Origin: a virus
Length of the DNA stretch: 15,821 nucleotides
Direction: 5' to 3' (one strand)
UHGV virus genome: UHGV-1826220
Shown: positions 1 to 9,178 of the stretch, piece by piece
How the letters are laid out: the number at the start of each line of letters is the position of its first letter
Numbering within the stretch: the first letter of the stretch is position 1
Program-made: the position numbers and the translations under genes
Notes under the pieces: model-generated
What the model saw: the letters and a program-made list of their open reading frames with translations, nothing else
The model's database searches: none
What the model was told of the DNA's origin: nothing

Positions 1-189
1 AATCTCACCCTGCATTTCTGCCTGCAGCCAGTCCTCCGGCGACATACGGAAATACGCCTCCGGCTCACCGGAGATATTCACGCAGGGGAAATATCTTTCC
101 CCCTCCGGCGTGCTTACCACGAAGCCGCACGACTCCGCTGGCGCACATCGCCGGGCGTGCGCCAGAATCGCTGATTCTGTCTGTGTCAT
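1..189 (-). CDS. K: Tail tip assembly protein gpK, N-terminal 63 codons only (runs off left window edge)
   Basis: Reverse-complement of 1-189 translates in frame from ATG at 189-187 to MTQTESAILAHARRCAPAESCGFVVSTPEGERYF..., recalled as the lambda gpK N-terminus; lies 5 nt downstream of the L stop codon. Not in the ORF track because truncated. Confidence 0.8.
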   Translation of the reverse strand, partial: MTQTESAILAHARRCAPAESCGFVVSTPEGERYFPCVNISGEPEAYFRMSPEDWLQAEMQGEI

Positions 190-194
190 GGGAT

Positions 195-893
195 TTACTG
201 CGAAAGTTTGTTAATGGAAAGGAAGCCGCCAAAGTTGCCGACGTTATTGCGGAACTTACAACCGCTCAGGCATTTGCTGCATTTATCCTTCGTGATATCG
301 GACGTTGGCTGGTCATATTCATCCGCGACAGCCGGACCGCTATAACCGCACTCGTCACCGCGATAGGTCCAGGTGCAGGTGTTGGCCAGCATGATACGTC
401 CCGGAAAAACAGCGCCATCCGTTTCCGTCGGCGTGGACAGTACAAAAGAGGCACTCACCGCGCTCAGTTCGCTGCACTGCTCAATGCGCCAGCGGCTGAT
501 CACCTCCTGCTCCGGATCGGCGTCACTGTTTCCGTTGACGAAGTTCACCGCATCCAGAAAACGGGCGTAAACCTTACGCCGGACCACCGTTCCTCCGACC
601 AGACTCTGCAGGTCTTCCGCCATCCCGGTGACAAGGCCGAACAGATTGGACACCGTCAGCGACGGTCTGGCACTGCTGCCTTTCCCGTTCATTTCAAAGC
701 CGCTGCCATCAATCGGGTACGCTTGGTACTTCCGCCCCTGCCAGGTGACCGGCTCCCCTTTTTCATTCAGCTCATTACAGAAAAAATACCGCTCACCGCC
801 CTGCACCGTCAGGTCAATTTCCCAGAGCACCACCCGCGGTGACTGCTCTGATTTAACCGACTCGCTCAGACTTTCTTCGTGAATATCCTGCAT
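195..893 (-). CDS. L: Tail tip protein gpL (232 aa), with C-terminal cysteine cluster
   Basis: Track ORF 195..893(-), 232 aa, MQDI...FLSINKLSQ; length and sequence match lambda gpL; start overlaps the M stop (TGATG). Confidence 0.93.
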   Translation of the reverse strand: MQDIHEESLSESVKSEQSPRVVLWEIDLTVQGGERYFFCNELNEKGEPVTWQGRKYQAYPIDGSGFEMNGKGSSARPSLTVSNLFGLVTGMAEDLQSLVGGTVVRRKVYARFLDAVNFVNGNSDADPEQEVISRWRIEQCSELSAVSASFVLSTPTETDGAVFPGRIMLANTCTWTYRGDECGYSGPAVADEYDQPTSDITKDKCSKCLSGCKFRNNVGNFGGFLSINKLSQ

Positions 894-1222
894 CAGTTCA
901 CCACCTGCTTAAACTCCGCGCTGAACTCAACGCGCAACATCCCGACCCGCGCAGACCACCCGGCACAGGTCACCTTTATCTGCCGGTATGCATAGGGTGG
1001 CTTCCACAAAAATGCCTTCCAGCCACCGTGCTCTGCCAGGAACGCTTCCAGATGCCGGGCCTCCTCCCGGGTCACGGAAAGCGTCACCCTGTATGTTTTC
1101 AGGTCAGCATTCAGCCCTGCCGCCATACGCTGTGAGTACCCGTCACCAAAACGCACTTCACGCACCGATGGCTGCGAGTTCACCTCCATATCCGGCTTCA
1201 CTTTCCAGCGAAAGGTTTTCAT
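893..1222 (-). CDS. M: Tail tip protein gpM (109 aa)
   Basis: Track ORF 893..1222(-), 109 aa, MKTFRWKVKP...; same length as lambda gpM; ATGA overlap with the H stop. Confidence 0.93.
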   Translation of the reverse strand: MKTFRWKVKPDMEVNSQPSVREVRFGDGYSQRMAAGLNADLKTYRVTLSVTREEARHLEAFLAEHGGWKAFLWKPPYAYRQIKVTCAGWSARVGMLRVEFSAEFKQVVN

Positions 1223-3780
1223 CCACCGCTCCCTGATAACATACCGCCATCACGCAACTGCAGCCGGAGTTCATCCTGTGCCCCCTTGCGGGCCATCTCA
1301 TACACCGCTTTCATCAGCTGCGGCCCTGCCCGCCCGTTGGGGCCGTCGTTCTGAATCACCACGTGATTGTTCTGATTAAAATTAATGCCTTCAGCCCGCC
1401 GCATCTGCGCCGGACTTCCGGCACCGCCCACATAACCACCTTCCGCATAGCCCCGCATCAGGCGGTACAGGTTGCCGACACCAATCCGGCTGGTTGCCTC
1501 CTTCGTGAAGACAAATTCACCACGGTGAACAATCCCCGCTGGCTCATATTTGCCGCCGGTTCCCGTAAATCCTCCGGTTGCAAAATGGAATTTCGCCGCA
1601 GCGGCCTGAATGGCTGTACCGCCTGACGCGGATGCGCCGCCACCAACAGCCCCGCCAATGGCGCTGCCGATACTCCCGACAATCCCCACCATTGCCTGCT
1701 TAAGCAGAATTTCTGTCATCATGGACAGCACGGAACGGGTGAAGCTGCGCCAGTTCTGCTCACTGCCGGTCAGCATCGCCGCCATATTCTGTGCAATACC
1801 ATCAAAGGTCTGCGTGGCTGCACTTTTTACCTGCGACATACTGTCCGTGGCGCTCTCTTCCCACTCACTCCAGCCGGACTTCAGGCCTGCCATCCAGCTC
1901 CCGCGAAGCTGGTCTTCAGCCGCCCAGGTCTTTTTCTGCTCTGACATGACGTTATTCAGCGCCAGCGGATTATCGCCATACTGTTCCTTCAGGCGCTGTT
2001 CCGTGGCTTCCCGTTCTGCCTGCCGGTCAGTCAGCCCCCGGCTTTTCGCATCAATGGCGGCCCGTTTTGCCCGTTGCTGCTGTGCGAATTTATCCGCCTG
2101 CTGCGCCAGCGCGTTCAGGCGCTCCTGATACGTAACCTTGTCGCCAAGTGCAGCCAGCTGGCGTTTGTACTCCAGCGTCTCATCTTTATGCGCCAGCAGG
2201 GATTTCTCCTGTGCAGACAGCTGGCGACGTTGCGCCGCCTCCTCCAGTACCGCGAACTGACTCTCCGCCTTCCACAAATCCCGGCGCTGCTGGCTGATTT
2301 TCTCATTTGCTCCGGCATGCTTCTCCAGCGTCCGGAGTTCTGCCTGAAGCGTCAGCAGGGCAGCATGAGCACTGTCTTCCTGACGATCGCCCGCAGACAC
2401 CTTCACGCCGGACTGTTTCGGCTTTTTCAGCGTCGCTTCATAATCCTTTTTCGCCGCCGCCATCAGCGTGTTGTAATCCGCCTGCAGGATTTTCCCGTCT
2501 TTCAGTGCCTTGTTCAGTTCTTCCTGACGGGCGGTATATTTCTCCAGCGGCGTCTGCAGCCGTTCGTAAGCCTTCTGCGCCTCTTCGGTATATTTCAGCC
2601 GTGACGCTTCGGTATCGCTCTGCTGCTGCGCATTTTTGTCCTGTTGAGTCTGCTGCTCAGCCTTCTTTCGGGCGGCTTCAAGCGCAAGACGGGCCTTTTC
2701 ACGATCATCCCAGTAACGCGCCCGCGCTTCATCGTTAACAAAATAATCATCCTTGCGCAGATTCCAGATGTCGTCTGCTTTCTTAAACGCAGCCTCTGCC
2801 TTAATCAGCATCTCCTGCGCGGTATCAGGACGACCAATATCCAGCACCGCATCCCACATGGATTTGAATGCCCGTGCTGTCCTGTCTGCCCAGGTCTCCA
2901 GCGTGCCCATGTTCTCTTTCAGGCGGCGGGTCTGGTCATCAAACCCTTTCGTTGCGGCCTCGTTCGCCGCCTGCAATGCCCCGGCTTCATCTCCGGAACG
3001 CTGCAACTGAGCAACATACGCAATCTGCTCCGCCGTCACGTTATGGAACTGGCGTGCCATCGCCGTCAGCCCCGACGTCGGGTCTGTGGTCAGCTTCCCG
3101 AAGGCTTCAGCGACCTTGTCCACCTCCACGCCGGATGCAGAGGAGAAACGCGCCACACTCTGGCTGATCGCCTCAAACTGCTCACCACCACGCACACCGG
3201 CATTCACCAGCGCCGTCAGTGACTCGCTGGTCTGGTTAAACGTCAGCCCTGCCGCCTGCCCGGCTCTGGACAGGACCAGCATACGATCTGCCGTCAGTCC
3301 CGCCTGATTGCCGGAAAGGACCAGCGTTTTGTTGAAATCGGACAGGGTTGAGTTGCCCTGATACCAGGCATACGCCAGCGCACCGGTCGCCACCGCCAGC
3401 GAGGTGGCCCCCACCATCGGCAGGGTGATCGCACCGGCAAGCCCCCTGAACATGGGGATCATCCCGCCGAAGGAGTCCTTAACCTGACCACCCTGTTGCA
3501 GCAGGATCAGCCACGGGCTTTGCCCGCCTGCAAGCTGCGTGGCCACGTCGGTGAACTGTGCAGGCAGCATACGCATGGCGGCTTTATACTGCCCGACGGA
3601 AATCCCCGCTTTCTGTGCAGCCAGCGCCTGTCGGCTCAGCGACTGTTCAACGACTGCCGCTGTTTTTTTCGCATCAGTTTCCGTACCGGAAAAATGACGC
3701 CTGACTCTGGCCATCTGCTCGTCAAATCTGGCCGCATCCAGACTTAAATCAACGACCAGATCGCCTACCGGTTCAGCCAT
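1219..3780 (-). CDS. H: Tail tape measure protein gpH (853 aa)
   Basis: Track ORF 1219..3780(-), 853 aa, same length as lambda gpH; N-terminus MAEPVGDLVVDLSLDAARFDEQ...; long charged coiled-coil middle; Gly-rich hydrophobic segment near the C-terminus. Confidence 0.95.
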   Translation of the reverse strand: MAEPVGDLVVDLSLDAARFDEQMARVRRHFSGTETDAKKTAAVVEQSLSRQALAAQKAGISVGQYKAAMRMLPAQFTDVATQLAGGQSPWLILLQQGGQVKDSFGGMIPMFRGLAGAITLPMVGATSLAVATGALAYAWYQGNSTLSDFNKTLVLSGNQAGLTADRMLVLSRAGQAAGLTFNQTSESLTALVNAGVRGGEQFEAISQSVARFSSASGVEVDKVAEAFGKLTTDPTSGLTAMARQFHNVTAEQIAYVAQLQRSGDEAGALQAANEAATKGFDDQTRRLKENMGTLETWADRTARAFKSMWDAVLDIGRPDTAQEMLIKAEAAFKKADDIWNLRKDDYFVNDEARARYWDDREKARLALEAARKKAEQQTQQDKNAQQQSDTEASRLKYTEEAQKAYERLQTPLEKYTARQEELNKALKDGKILQADYNTLMAAAKKDYEATLKKPKQSGVKVSAGDRQEDSAHAALLTLQAELRTLEKHAGANEKISQQRRDLWKAESQFAVLEEAAQRRQLSAQEKSLLAHKDETLEYKRQLAALGDKVTYQERLNALAQQADKFAQQQRAKRAAIDAKSRGLTDRQAEREATEQRLKEQYGDNPLALNNVMSEQKKTWAAEDQLRGSWMAGLKSGWSEWEESATDSMSQVKSAATQTFDGIAQNMAAMLTGSEQNWRSFTRSVLSMMTEILLKQAMVGIVGSIGSAIGGAVGGGASASGGTAIQAAAAKFHFATGGFTGTGGKYEPAGIVHRGEFVFTKEATSRIGVGNLYRLMRGYAEGGYVGGAGSPAQMRRAEGINFNQNNHVVIQNDGPNGRAGPQLMKAVYEMARKGAQDELRLQLRDGGMLSGSGG

Positions 3781-4611
3781 ACCGGACTCCTCCTGCGATC
3801 CCTTCTGATACTGTCATCAGCATTACGTCATCCTCCGTCATGTCCGCCACATCCGGGGAAGCGGGGATAACTTCATTCCCGTCCGGGCCAAAGCGGACAC
3901 CTCCGGCAAGCCCTGCCGCTTTCTGCATCAGCACATCATCTTCAGGCTCTTCGTCAGCCTCGCGCCGGTTCAGCAGACTGAAATCCAGCGGATGCATATC
4001 CGGATCGCTGAAAAACAGGCTGAGCACGGTGTACGTCAGCCCGGAAAAGTGCATATCCAGCAGAACATCATGAAAATAATGGGTACTGTAAAAGCGGTGC
4101 CAGTCGGCATACTCCGTGGATGACATCCCGGCAAGCATGGCACGCCAGTCGGGTCGCCCCATCTCACGCGCCAGTTTCAGGGCAAAACTCAGCTCACCGT
4201 CGAACACTTTCCCGCAGAAACAGGCTCTGCTGGCCCGGCGTCATCTGCCTGTTCAGGTGCATCATTCACAACAAACTCAGACATACCGGACAGACGCATT
4301 ACCACATTTTCAGCCTGAGCAATTGCCTCTGTGGGCCAGGTGGTAAGCACTTCCTGCTCAATTTGTTTAACGGCTTCATTCATGGACGGCATCTTTGTCT
4401 TCTGCGGATGGCTATGCCACAGGGACATCGCCACCAGAAAAGCACCGGTTCTGACGAGATCTTCCACGCTCACCTGTCGATTGAGACTGGATCCCGCCTG
4501 TTCTGCCTGTCGTTTCAGCAGGGCGAGATGCTCAATTCGCTGCAGGGCTGACAGTTCAGAAAGCGTGACGCTCACACCGTTATATTCAAATGATTCGGTT
4601 TTCAGGAACAT
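3773..4611 (-). CDS. T: Tail assembly chaperone gpGT fusion, made by a -1 programmed ribosomal frameshift from the G frame into the T frame at the slippery heptamer
   Basis: The T-frame ORF (track 3773..4207, minus) has no credible independent start and overlaps the 3' end of G; slippery heptamer G_GGA_AAG lies on the minus strand at 4207-4213 just before the G stop. The G-T frameshift is established for lambda. Confidence 0.8.
4189..4611 (-). CDS. G: Tail assembly chaperone gpG (140 aa)
   Basis: Track ORF 4189..4611(-), 140 aa, MFLKTESFEYNGV...AGKCSTVS; matches lambda gpG. Confidence 0.93.
   Translation of the reverse strand: MFLKTESFEYNGVSVTLSELSALQRIEHLALLKRQAEQAGSSLNRQVSVEDLVRTGAFLVAMSLWHSHPQKTKMPSMNEAVKQIEQEVLTTWPTEAIAQAENVVMRLSGMSEFVVNDAPEQADDAGPAEPVSAGKCSTVS
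4207..4213 (-). other. -1 programmed ribosomal frameshift slippery heptamer GGGAAAG (G to T frame)
   Basis: Plus-strand CTTTCCC at 4207-4213, which is GGGAAAG on the minus strand, in the last codons of G. Confidence 0.8.
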
Positions 4612-4626
4612 CGCTGACTCTCCGGA

Positions 4627-5367
4627 TTAACTGTCGGTGACGGTGATTTCTGCAACCACAGCAAGTTCACCATTACCGGATACAACCGGAATGTTGACCT
4701 TGCCTGCAGCAACACCTTTCACGGTGATGGTCATACCACTGACCGACACGGTGGCTTTTGTTTTATCCGCAGACACCGCACGGAAGCTCTTGTCGGTTGC
4801 GCCTTCCGGCTGGAATGCCACGGTCAGCGTGGTGCTCTGCCCTTTCACCACCGAAGTGCTGGCAGGCGTCACGGTCATGCCGGTTGCCGCTGTTACCGTG
4901 CTGCGATCTTCTGCCATCGACGGACGTCCCACATTGGTGACCTTCACCGTGCGGGTAATCACTTCCTTCGCCGTCACCGCCTTACCGATACTGCTGACCC
5001 AGCCACGGAACACATCGACCGTGCCGTTCGGGAAGCGGATTTTATAGGCACGGGTATCACCTTCATTAAACCACGCCAGCAGCGCCTGCTGCCCCTGCTC
5101 TCCGGGCATCCACGCCAGCGTGAAGCTGGTATCTCCGGCAGATTTCTGCCCCTGCCCGGTCGCAGTCCAGTCTGCATCTTCATCATCGAGATAGCTGTCG
5201 TCATAGGACTCAGCGGTCAGTTCGCCGGGCGTCAGGTCTTTAACTTTTGCCAGACGCGACCAGTCAACGTCTGAAAGCGGGTTCGCATAAGGGTCACCGC
5301 TCCCCTTATAAACCCACAGGGTGGTCCCGGCACCTTTCACCGGCATTGTAGGATTTGGTACAGGCAT
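4627..5367 (-). CDS. V: Major tail tube protein gpV (246 aa) with C-terminal Ig-like domain
   Basis: Track ORF 4627..5397 (256 aa) trimmed to the internal ATG at 5367-5365 ([14 protein letters not shown]...), which is preceded by GAGGA 5 nt upstream and gives the lambda length of 246 aa. Confidence 0.92.
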   Translation of the reverse strand: MPVPNPTMPVKGAGTTLWVYKGSGDPYANPLSDVDWSRLAKVKDLTPGELTAESYDDSYLDDEDADWTATGQGQKSAGDTSFTLAWMPGEQGQQALLAWFNEGDTRAYKIRFPNGTVDVFRGWVSSIGKAVTAKEVITRTVKVTNVGRPSMAEDRSTVTAATGMTVTPASTSVVKGQSTTLTVAFQPEGATDKSFRAVSADKTKATVSVSGMTITVKGVAAGKVNIPVVSGNGELAVVAEITVTDS

Positions 5368-5374
5368 AGCGTCC

Positions 5375-5770
5375 TCACATTTCATAGGTAATGACATAAG
5401 TCAGATCGGCTGAACTCCACAGGCCCGCATCATCGTCGCGCCGGTAGTCATAGCCACTGGCCACCATACTGGTGATCAAATCTGACAGTGCCGGGATATC
5501 GCTCATCACCGGATAAATCCGGGACTCCATCCACGCATCCAGCTCTGAATCCGGCACCTGAGCAGGCAGGAAAACTTCGATATGCAGCTCCGCCTGCCAG
5601 GTATCGCTGTCCAGCTCTTCGCCCGTGTATTCAGCGCCGGTGAGATAAACGGCAATTGCCGGAAAATCTTCCTCATCAAAAACAGCGGGGCGACCATCAA
5701 AAAGCGTCGCCCCGGTGTCATGCTTCTCCAGTGCATCCAGTACGGCTGCACGGAGTTCAGTATGTTTCAT
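5375..5770 (-). CDS. U: Tail terminator protein gpU (131 aa)
   Basis: Track ORF 5375..5770(-), 131 aa, [37 protein letters not shown]...; ATGA overlap with the Z stop. Confidence 0.93.
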   Translation of the reverse strand: MKHTELRAAVLDALEKHDTGATLFDGRPAVFDEEDFPAIAVYLTGAEYTGEELDSDTWQAELHIEVFLPAQVPDSELDAWMESRIYPVMSDIPALSDLITSMVASGYDYRRDDDAGLWSSADLTYVITYEM

Positions 5771-6345
5771 CGCTTTATTACCATCCTCAGTTGATGCTGC
5801 AGCGCATAGCCCAGCTCTTTCGGAAGACGCTCACGCCGTATCCGCTCAATATTCTGTTTAAACGCCGTGGTCAGCGGCACCGCCATCGGGATTTTCACCA
5901 CATCAATGGGGTAACGGTTTTTCCCGGCCACACGCTGCATGACATGCCAGCGGCCATTTTTCAGTTGCTGAATAAACGCGCCGGGAATACGACGGTTTCC
6001 CACCACAAGCACGCTGCCGCCACCTTTCAGGGCTGAACGCTGCCCCTTTTTACGACGCCTGCGGCGCGAAAGGACAACCCGCGCATTACCCAGCTTGATT
6101 ACGGGCAAATCCCCCCGGTTAACTTTGATTCTGGCCTGCGGATTTTTGACCGTGGCCCTTTTCAGCCTGGCCCTTTCCTTTACCAGTTTCCGGCGTACCT
6201 TTGTCTCACGGGCAACCTGTGACGCCGACTGCGATATCGCGGATGAAGCAACGCGGTTAATGGCCATTGCGGCGGCACCGGGCACCGCCGTTCTGCTGAT
6301 ACGGCTGAGGTTTTCAACGGCCTGCTCAAGACCTTTTATGGCCAT
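5767..6345 (-). CDS. Z: Tail completion protein gpZ (192 aa)
   Basis: Track ORF 5767..6345(-), 192 aa, MAIKGLEQAVENLSRIS...; same length as lambda gpZ. Confidence 0.93.
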   Translation of the reverse strand: MAIKGLEQAVENLSRISRTAVPGAAAMAINRVASSAISQSASQVARETKVRRKLVKERARLKRATVKNPQARIKVNRGDLPVIKLGNARVVLSRRRRRKKGQRSALKGGGSVLVVGNRRIPGAFIQQLKNGRWHVMQRVAGKNRYPIDVVKIPMAVPLTTAFKQNIERIRRERLPKELGYALQHQLRMVIKR

Positions 6346-6356
6346 ACATCCCCCTT

Positions 6357-6710
6357 TCAGCGGCGACGGTTAACGGCAGGCGGTACGCCCCGCCCAAGCC
6401 AGAGATGACAGCTTCCGCCATCATCCGGCGAAATCCGGTCTATCCAGAAGTTTTCCTCACCGATGGTCAGCGTGTCGCCGCGCCGCAGCTGCCGCACATC
6501 ATCAGTCCGGACAAACAGGGACGGGCTGGAGCCTTCAACGCGCACGCCCTGTCCGGCATAGCTGATATTTTCAGGGTCATCAAAAACACCACGTATCACA
6601 GCACCGGACTGCTCACCGGATGTCATGGTGGCTGACGTTCCCATGTACCCGCGTATCGTTTCATCGGCGCGGGCAATGGCAGCATCGAACAGGTTATCGA
6701 AATCAGCCAC
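6357..6710 (-). CDS. FII: Head-tail joining protein gpFII (117 aa)
   Basis: Track ORF 6357..6710(-), 117 aa, MADFDNLFDAAIARADETIRGYMG...; matches lambda gpFII. Confidence 0.93.
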   Translation of the reverse strand: MADFDNLFDAAIARADETIRGYMGTSATMTSGEQSGAVIRGVFDDPENISYAGQGVRVEGSSPSLFVRTDDVRQLRRGDTLTIGEENFWIDRISPDDGGSCHLWLGRGVPPAVNRRR

Positions 6711-6721
6711 AGCGCCTCCCG

Positions 6722-7108
6722 TTATTGCATTCTGGCCAGGCCGCGCTCTGTCATTTCAGCTGCCACACCGGCAGAGACACGGAACGCCGTTCCCGGCAGC
6801 ACAAATGCCACAGCCTCATCCCGCGTGGCGTGAAGTGCATCAGTATGCAGCGTCACCAGTGCCACAACCGTGACCAGATCAGCCGTATCAGTCACGGTAT
6901 CCGGCTGCGCTGATACAACCTCATTTTCATGTCCGGTCAGCGCATTTTCCGGGCTGATAGGGGTATCCTGATCGGCAGTGTCATCAAGCTCCTCTTCCAG
7001 CTCTGCCACACGGAGCGCCAGTTCTTCTTTCGTCCCCGTCAGGCTGACATCACGGTTCAGTTGCTCACCCAGCACCTGAAGACGGGCAATCAGTTCATCT
7101 TTCGTCAT
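6722..7108 (-). CDS. FI: DNA packaging / head assembly protein gpFI (128 aa)
   Basis: Track ORF 6722..7147 trimmed to the ATG at 7108-7106 (MTKDELIARLQ...), which has a strong GGAGGAG Shine-Dalgarno immediately upstream; the longer ORF start lacks one. Confidence 0.88.
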   Translation of the reverse strand: MTKDELIARLQVLGEQLNRDVSLTGTKEELALRVAELEEELDDTADQDTPISPENALTGHENEVVSAQPDTVTDTADLVTVVALVTLHTDALHATRDEAVAFVLPGTAFRVSAGVAAEMTERGLARMQ

Positions 7109-7149
7109 GGACTCCTCCACAGAGAGAAAATGGCCCCGAAGGGCCATGA

Positions 7150-8175
7150 TTACGCCAGTTGTACGGACACGAACTCATCAGGGTCAGCCAGCAGCATCAG
7201 CGGTGCTGACTGAATCATGGTGAACTCACGCGCCGGATCGCCGGTGGTCACCCAGTTTTTCGGGTAACGGGCAGAGGCGTTAATGCCTTCGCGCTGTGCG
7301 TCCGCATCCTGAATGCAGCCATAGGTGCGCAGACCGCGTGCCTGAGTGTTCCCCAGCACCATCGTGTTGTCCGGCAGGAAGTTCTTTTTGACGCCGTTTT
7401 CCACGTACTGTCCGGAATACACGACGATGGCCACATCGCCATACATCCCCTTATAGGACACCGCTTTACCCAGGTCTTTCACCGCTGTCTCCAGCTCGGA
7501 ATGAGAGCCGCGACGGGTATCCAGCTTCTCCCTGACGGCTTTGAAGGAACGGAACAGCGCCCAGCCTTTCGGATCAAACACGATGATATTCACCACGCCG
7601 CTGGCGTTCAGCGCGTAGGCTTCGATATCGTCGGTCGGGTCATACGTGGACTTGTCACGCTTGCTCCACTCCGTGCTGCCGGACTGCGTGATGTTGTTCG
7701 CCGCACTGCGGCCCATATCCACCTCAACCGGATCGAAGGCTTCACCGGTCATGGTGTATTTGCCCTTGAGCACGGCAGAAACTGCCTGCATCTCTTCGAC
7801 CTGAGCAATGGCCAGCTCTTCGTCACGCATGTTCTGCATGATGATGCGACGGCGGCGGTAAGCCGGGTCCGCCAGATTCTGCGGATCTTCATCCGGCAGG
7901 CGACGCAGGGTCATCTGCGGATTCACCTCATGCTTCGGCTTGACATATCCCGGCGTAAATTCAGAGGTGGAGCCGCCACGGGAACGGATAACCTCACCGG
8001 AAACAATCGGCGAAACGTACAGCGCCATGTTTACCAGTCCCGGAATTTGTGAGAGATAGACTTTCTCCGTGGTGAAGGGATAGCTCTCACGGAAAAAGAG
8101 ACGCAGAAACAGCGGATCAAACTTAAATTTCTGCTCATTTGCCGCCAGCAGCTGGGCGGTTGTGTACATCGACAT
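7150..8175 (-). CDS. E: Major capsid protein gpE (341 aa, HK97-fold)
   Basis: Track ORF 7150..8202 trimmed to the ATG at 8175-8173 (MSMYTTAQLLAANEQKFKFDPLFLRLFF...), giving the lambda gpE length of 341 aa. Confidence 0.93.
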   Translation of the reverse strand: MSMYTTAQLLAANEQKFKFDPLFLRLFFRESYPFTTEKVYLSQIPGLVNMALYVSPIVSGEVIRSRGGSTSEFTPGYVKPKHEVNPQMTLRRLPDEDPQNLADPAYRRRRIIMQNMRDEELAIAQVEEMQAVSAVLKGKYTMTGEAFDPVEVDMGRSAANNITQSGSTEWSKRDKSTYDPTDDIEAYALNASGVVNIIVFDPKGWALFRSFKAVREKLDTRRGSHSELETAVKDLGKAVSYKGMYGDVAIVVYSGQYVENGVKKNFLPDNTMVLGNTQARGLRTYGCIQDADAQREGINASARYPKNWVTTGDPAREFTMIQSAPLMLLADPDEFVSVQLA

Positions 8176-8180
8176 AAAAA

Positions 8181-8209
8181 AATCCCGTAAAAAAAGCCGC
8201 ACAGGCGGC
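8181..8209 (-). other. GC hairpin followed by a T-run in the D-E intergenic spacer (terminator-like or attenuator-like structure, minus strand)
   Basis: Minus-strand RNA reads GCCGC-CUGU-GCGGC then UUUUUUUACGGGAUUUUUUU, ending at the E start codon (8175). Confidence 0.35.
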
Positions 8210-8230
8210 CTTTAGTGATGAAGGGTAAGG

Positions 8231-8569
8231 TTAAACGATGCTGATTGCCGTTCCGGCAAACGCGGTCCGTTTTTTCGTCTCGTCGCTGGCAGCCTCCGGC
8301 CAGAGCACATCCTCATAACGGAACGTGCCGGACTTGTAGAACGTCAGCGTGGTGCTGGTCTGGTCAGCAGCAACCGCAAGAATGCCAACGGCAGCACCGT
8401 CGGTGGTGCCATCCCACGCAACCAGCTTACGGGTGGAGGTGTCCAGCATCAGCGGGGTCATTGCAGGCGCTTTCGCACTCAATCCGCCGGGCGCGGTTGC
8501 GGTATGAGCCGGGTCACTGTTGCCCAGCGGCTGGTAATGGGTAAAGGTTTCTTTGCTCGTCATAAACAT
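8231..8569 (-). CDS. D: Head decoration protein gpD (112-aa ORF)
   Basis: Track ORF 8231..8569(-), [43 protein letters not shown]...; matches lambda gpD. Confidence 0.93.
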   Translation of the reverse strand: MFMTSKETFTHYQPLGNSDPAHTATAPGGLSAKAPAMTPLMLDTSTRKLVAWDGTTDGAAVGILAVAADQTSTTLTFYKSGTFRYEDVLWPEAASDETKKRTAFAGTAISIV

Positions 8570-8572
8570 CCC

Positions 8573-9178
8573 TTACACTGGTGTGTTCAGCAAATCGTTA
8601 ACGGCATCAGATGCCGGGTTACCTGCAGCCAGCGGTGCCGGTGCCCCCTGCATCAGACGATCCAGCGCAGTGTCACTGCGCGCCTGTGCACTCTGTGGTG
8701 CTGCGGCCAGAATGCGGCGGGCCGTTTCCACGGTCATACCGGGGGTTTCTGCCAGCACGCGGGCCTGTTCTTCGCGTCCGTGAGCCTCCTCACAGTTGAG
8801 GATCCCCATAATGCGGCTGTTTTCTGCCGCAACCGCAGCGGTGATCTGCGCGTTCACGTCCGGCTGCGCCGCGCTGGCGTTTTCGCCCTCCGTCGCTGGC
8901 ACCACGTCAGTAACGTCAGCCTGCGAAGCAGTGGCTGAAACAGTTGTTGATTGAGTCTCTTTGGTCATTCGCCCTCCTGAGAGACGGGATTTACGTGCAT
9001 CCAGTGCATCACGCATGACGGTGATCGCATCGGTGCTGTTAACAAGTTCATCAGCCAGTCCGGCATCAATGGCCTCCTGACCGCTGTACACTGCAGCCTC
9101 GGTATCCAGCACAGCCTGCACGGACAGGCCGGTATATGCCGACACCTTCTGTGCAAACATCCGGCGGGTTGCATCCAT
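8573..9178 (-). CDS. Nu3: Capsid scaffolding protein gpNu3 (201 aa), translated in frame from an internal start inside C
   Basis: Established lambda arrangement: Nu3 is the C-terminal 201 codons of the C frame. The ATG at 9178-9176 (MDATRRMFAQKV...) sits exactly 201 codons before the shared stop. Not in the track because it is nested in frame. Confidence 0.65.
   Translation of the reverse strand: MDATRRMFAQKVSAYTGLSVQAVLDTEAAVYSGQEAIDAGLADELVNSTDAITVMRDALDARKSRLSGGRMTKETQSTTVSATASQADVTDVVPATEGENASAAQPDVNAQITAAVAAENSRIMGILNCEEAHGREEQARVLAETPGMTVETARRILAAAPQSAQARSDTALDRLMQGAPAPLAAGNPASDAVNDLLNTPV

Noticed and set aside
3773-4207. gpT as an independent 144-aa protein starting at the Met of the track ORF
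   Set aside because: That Met lies inside the slippery region and has no ribosome-binding site; T is annotated instead as the frameshifted extension of G.
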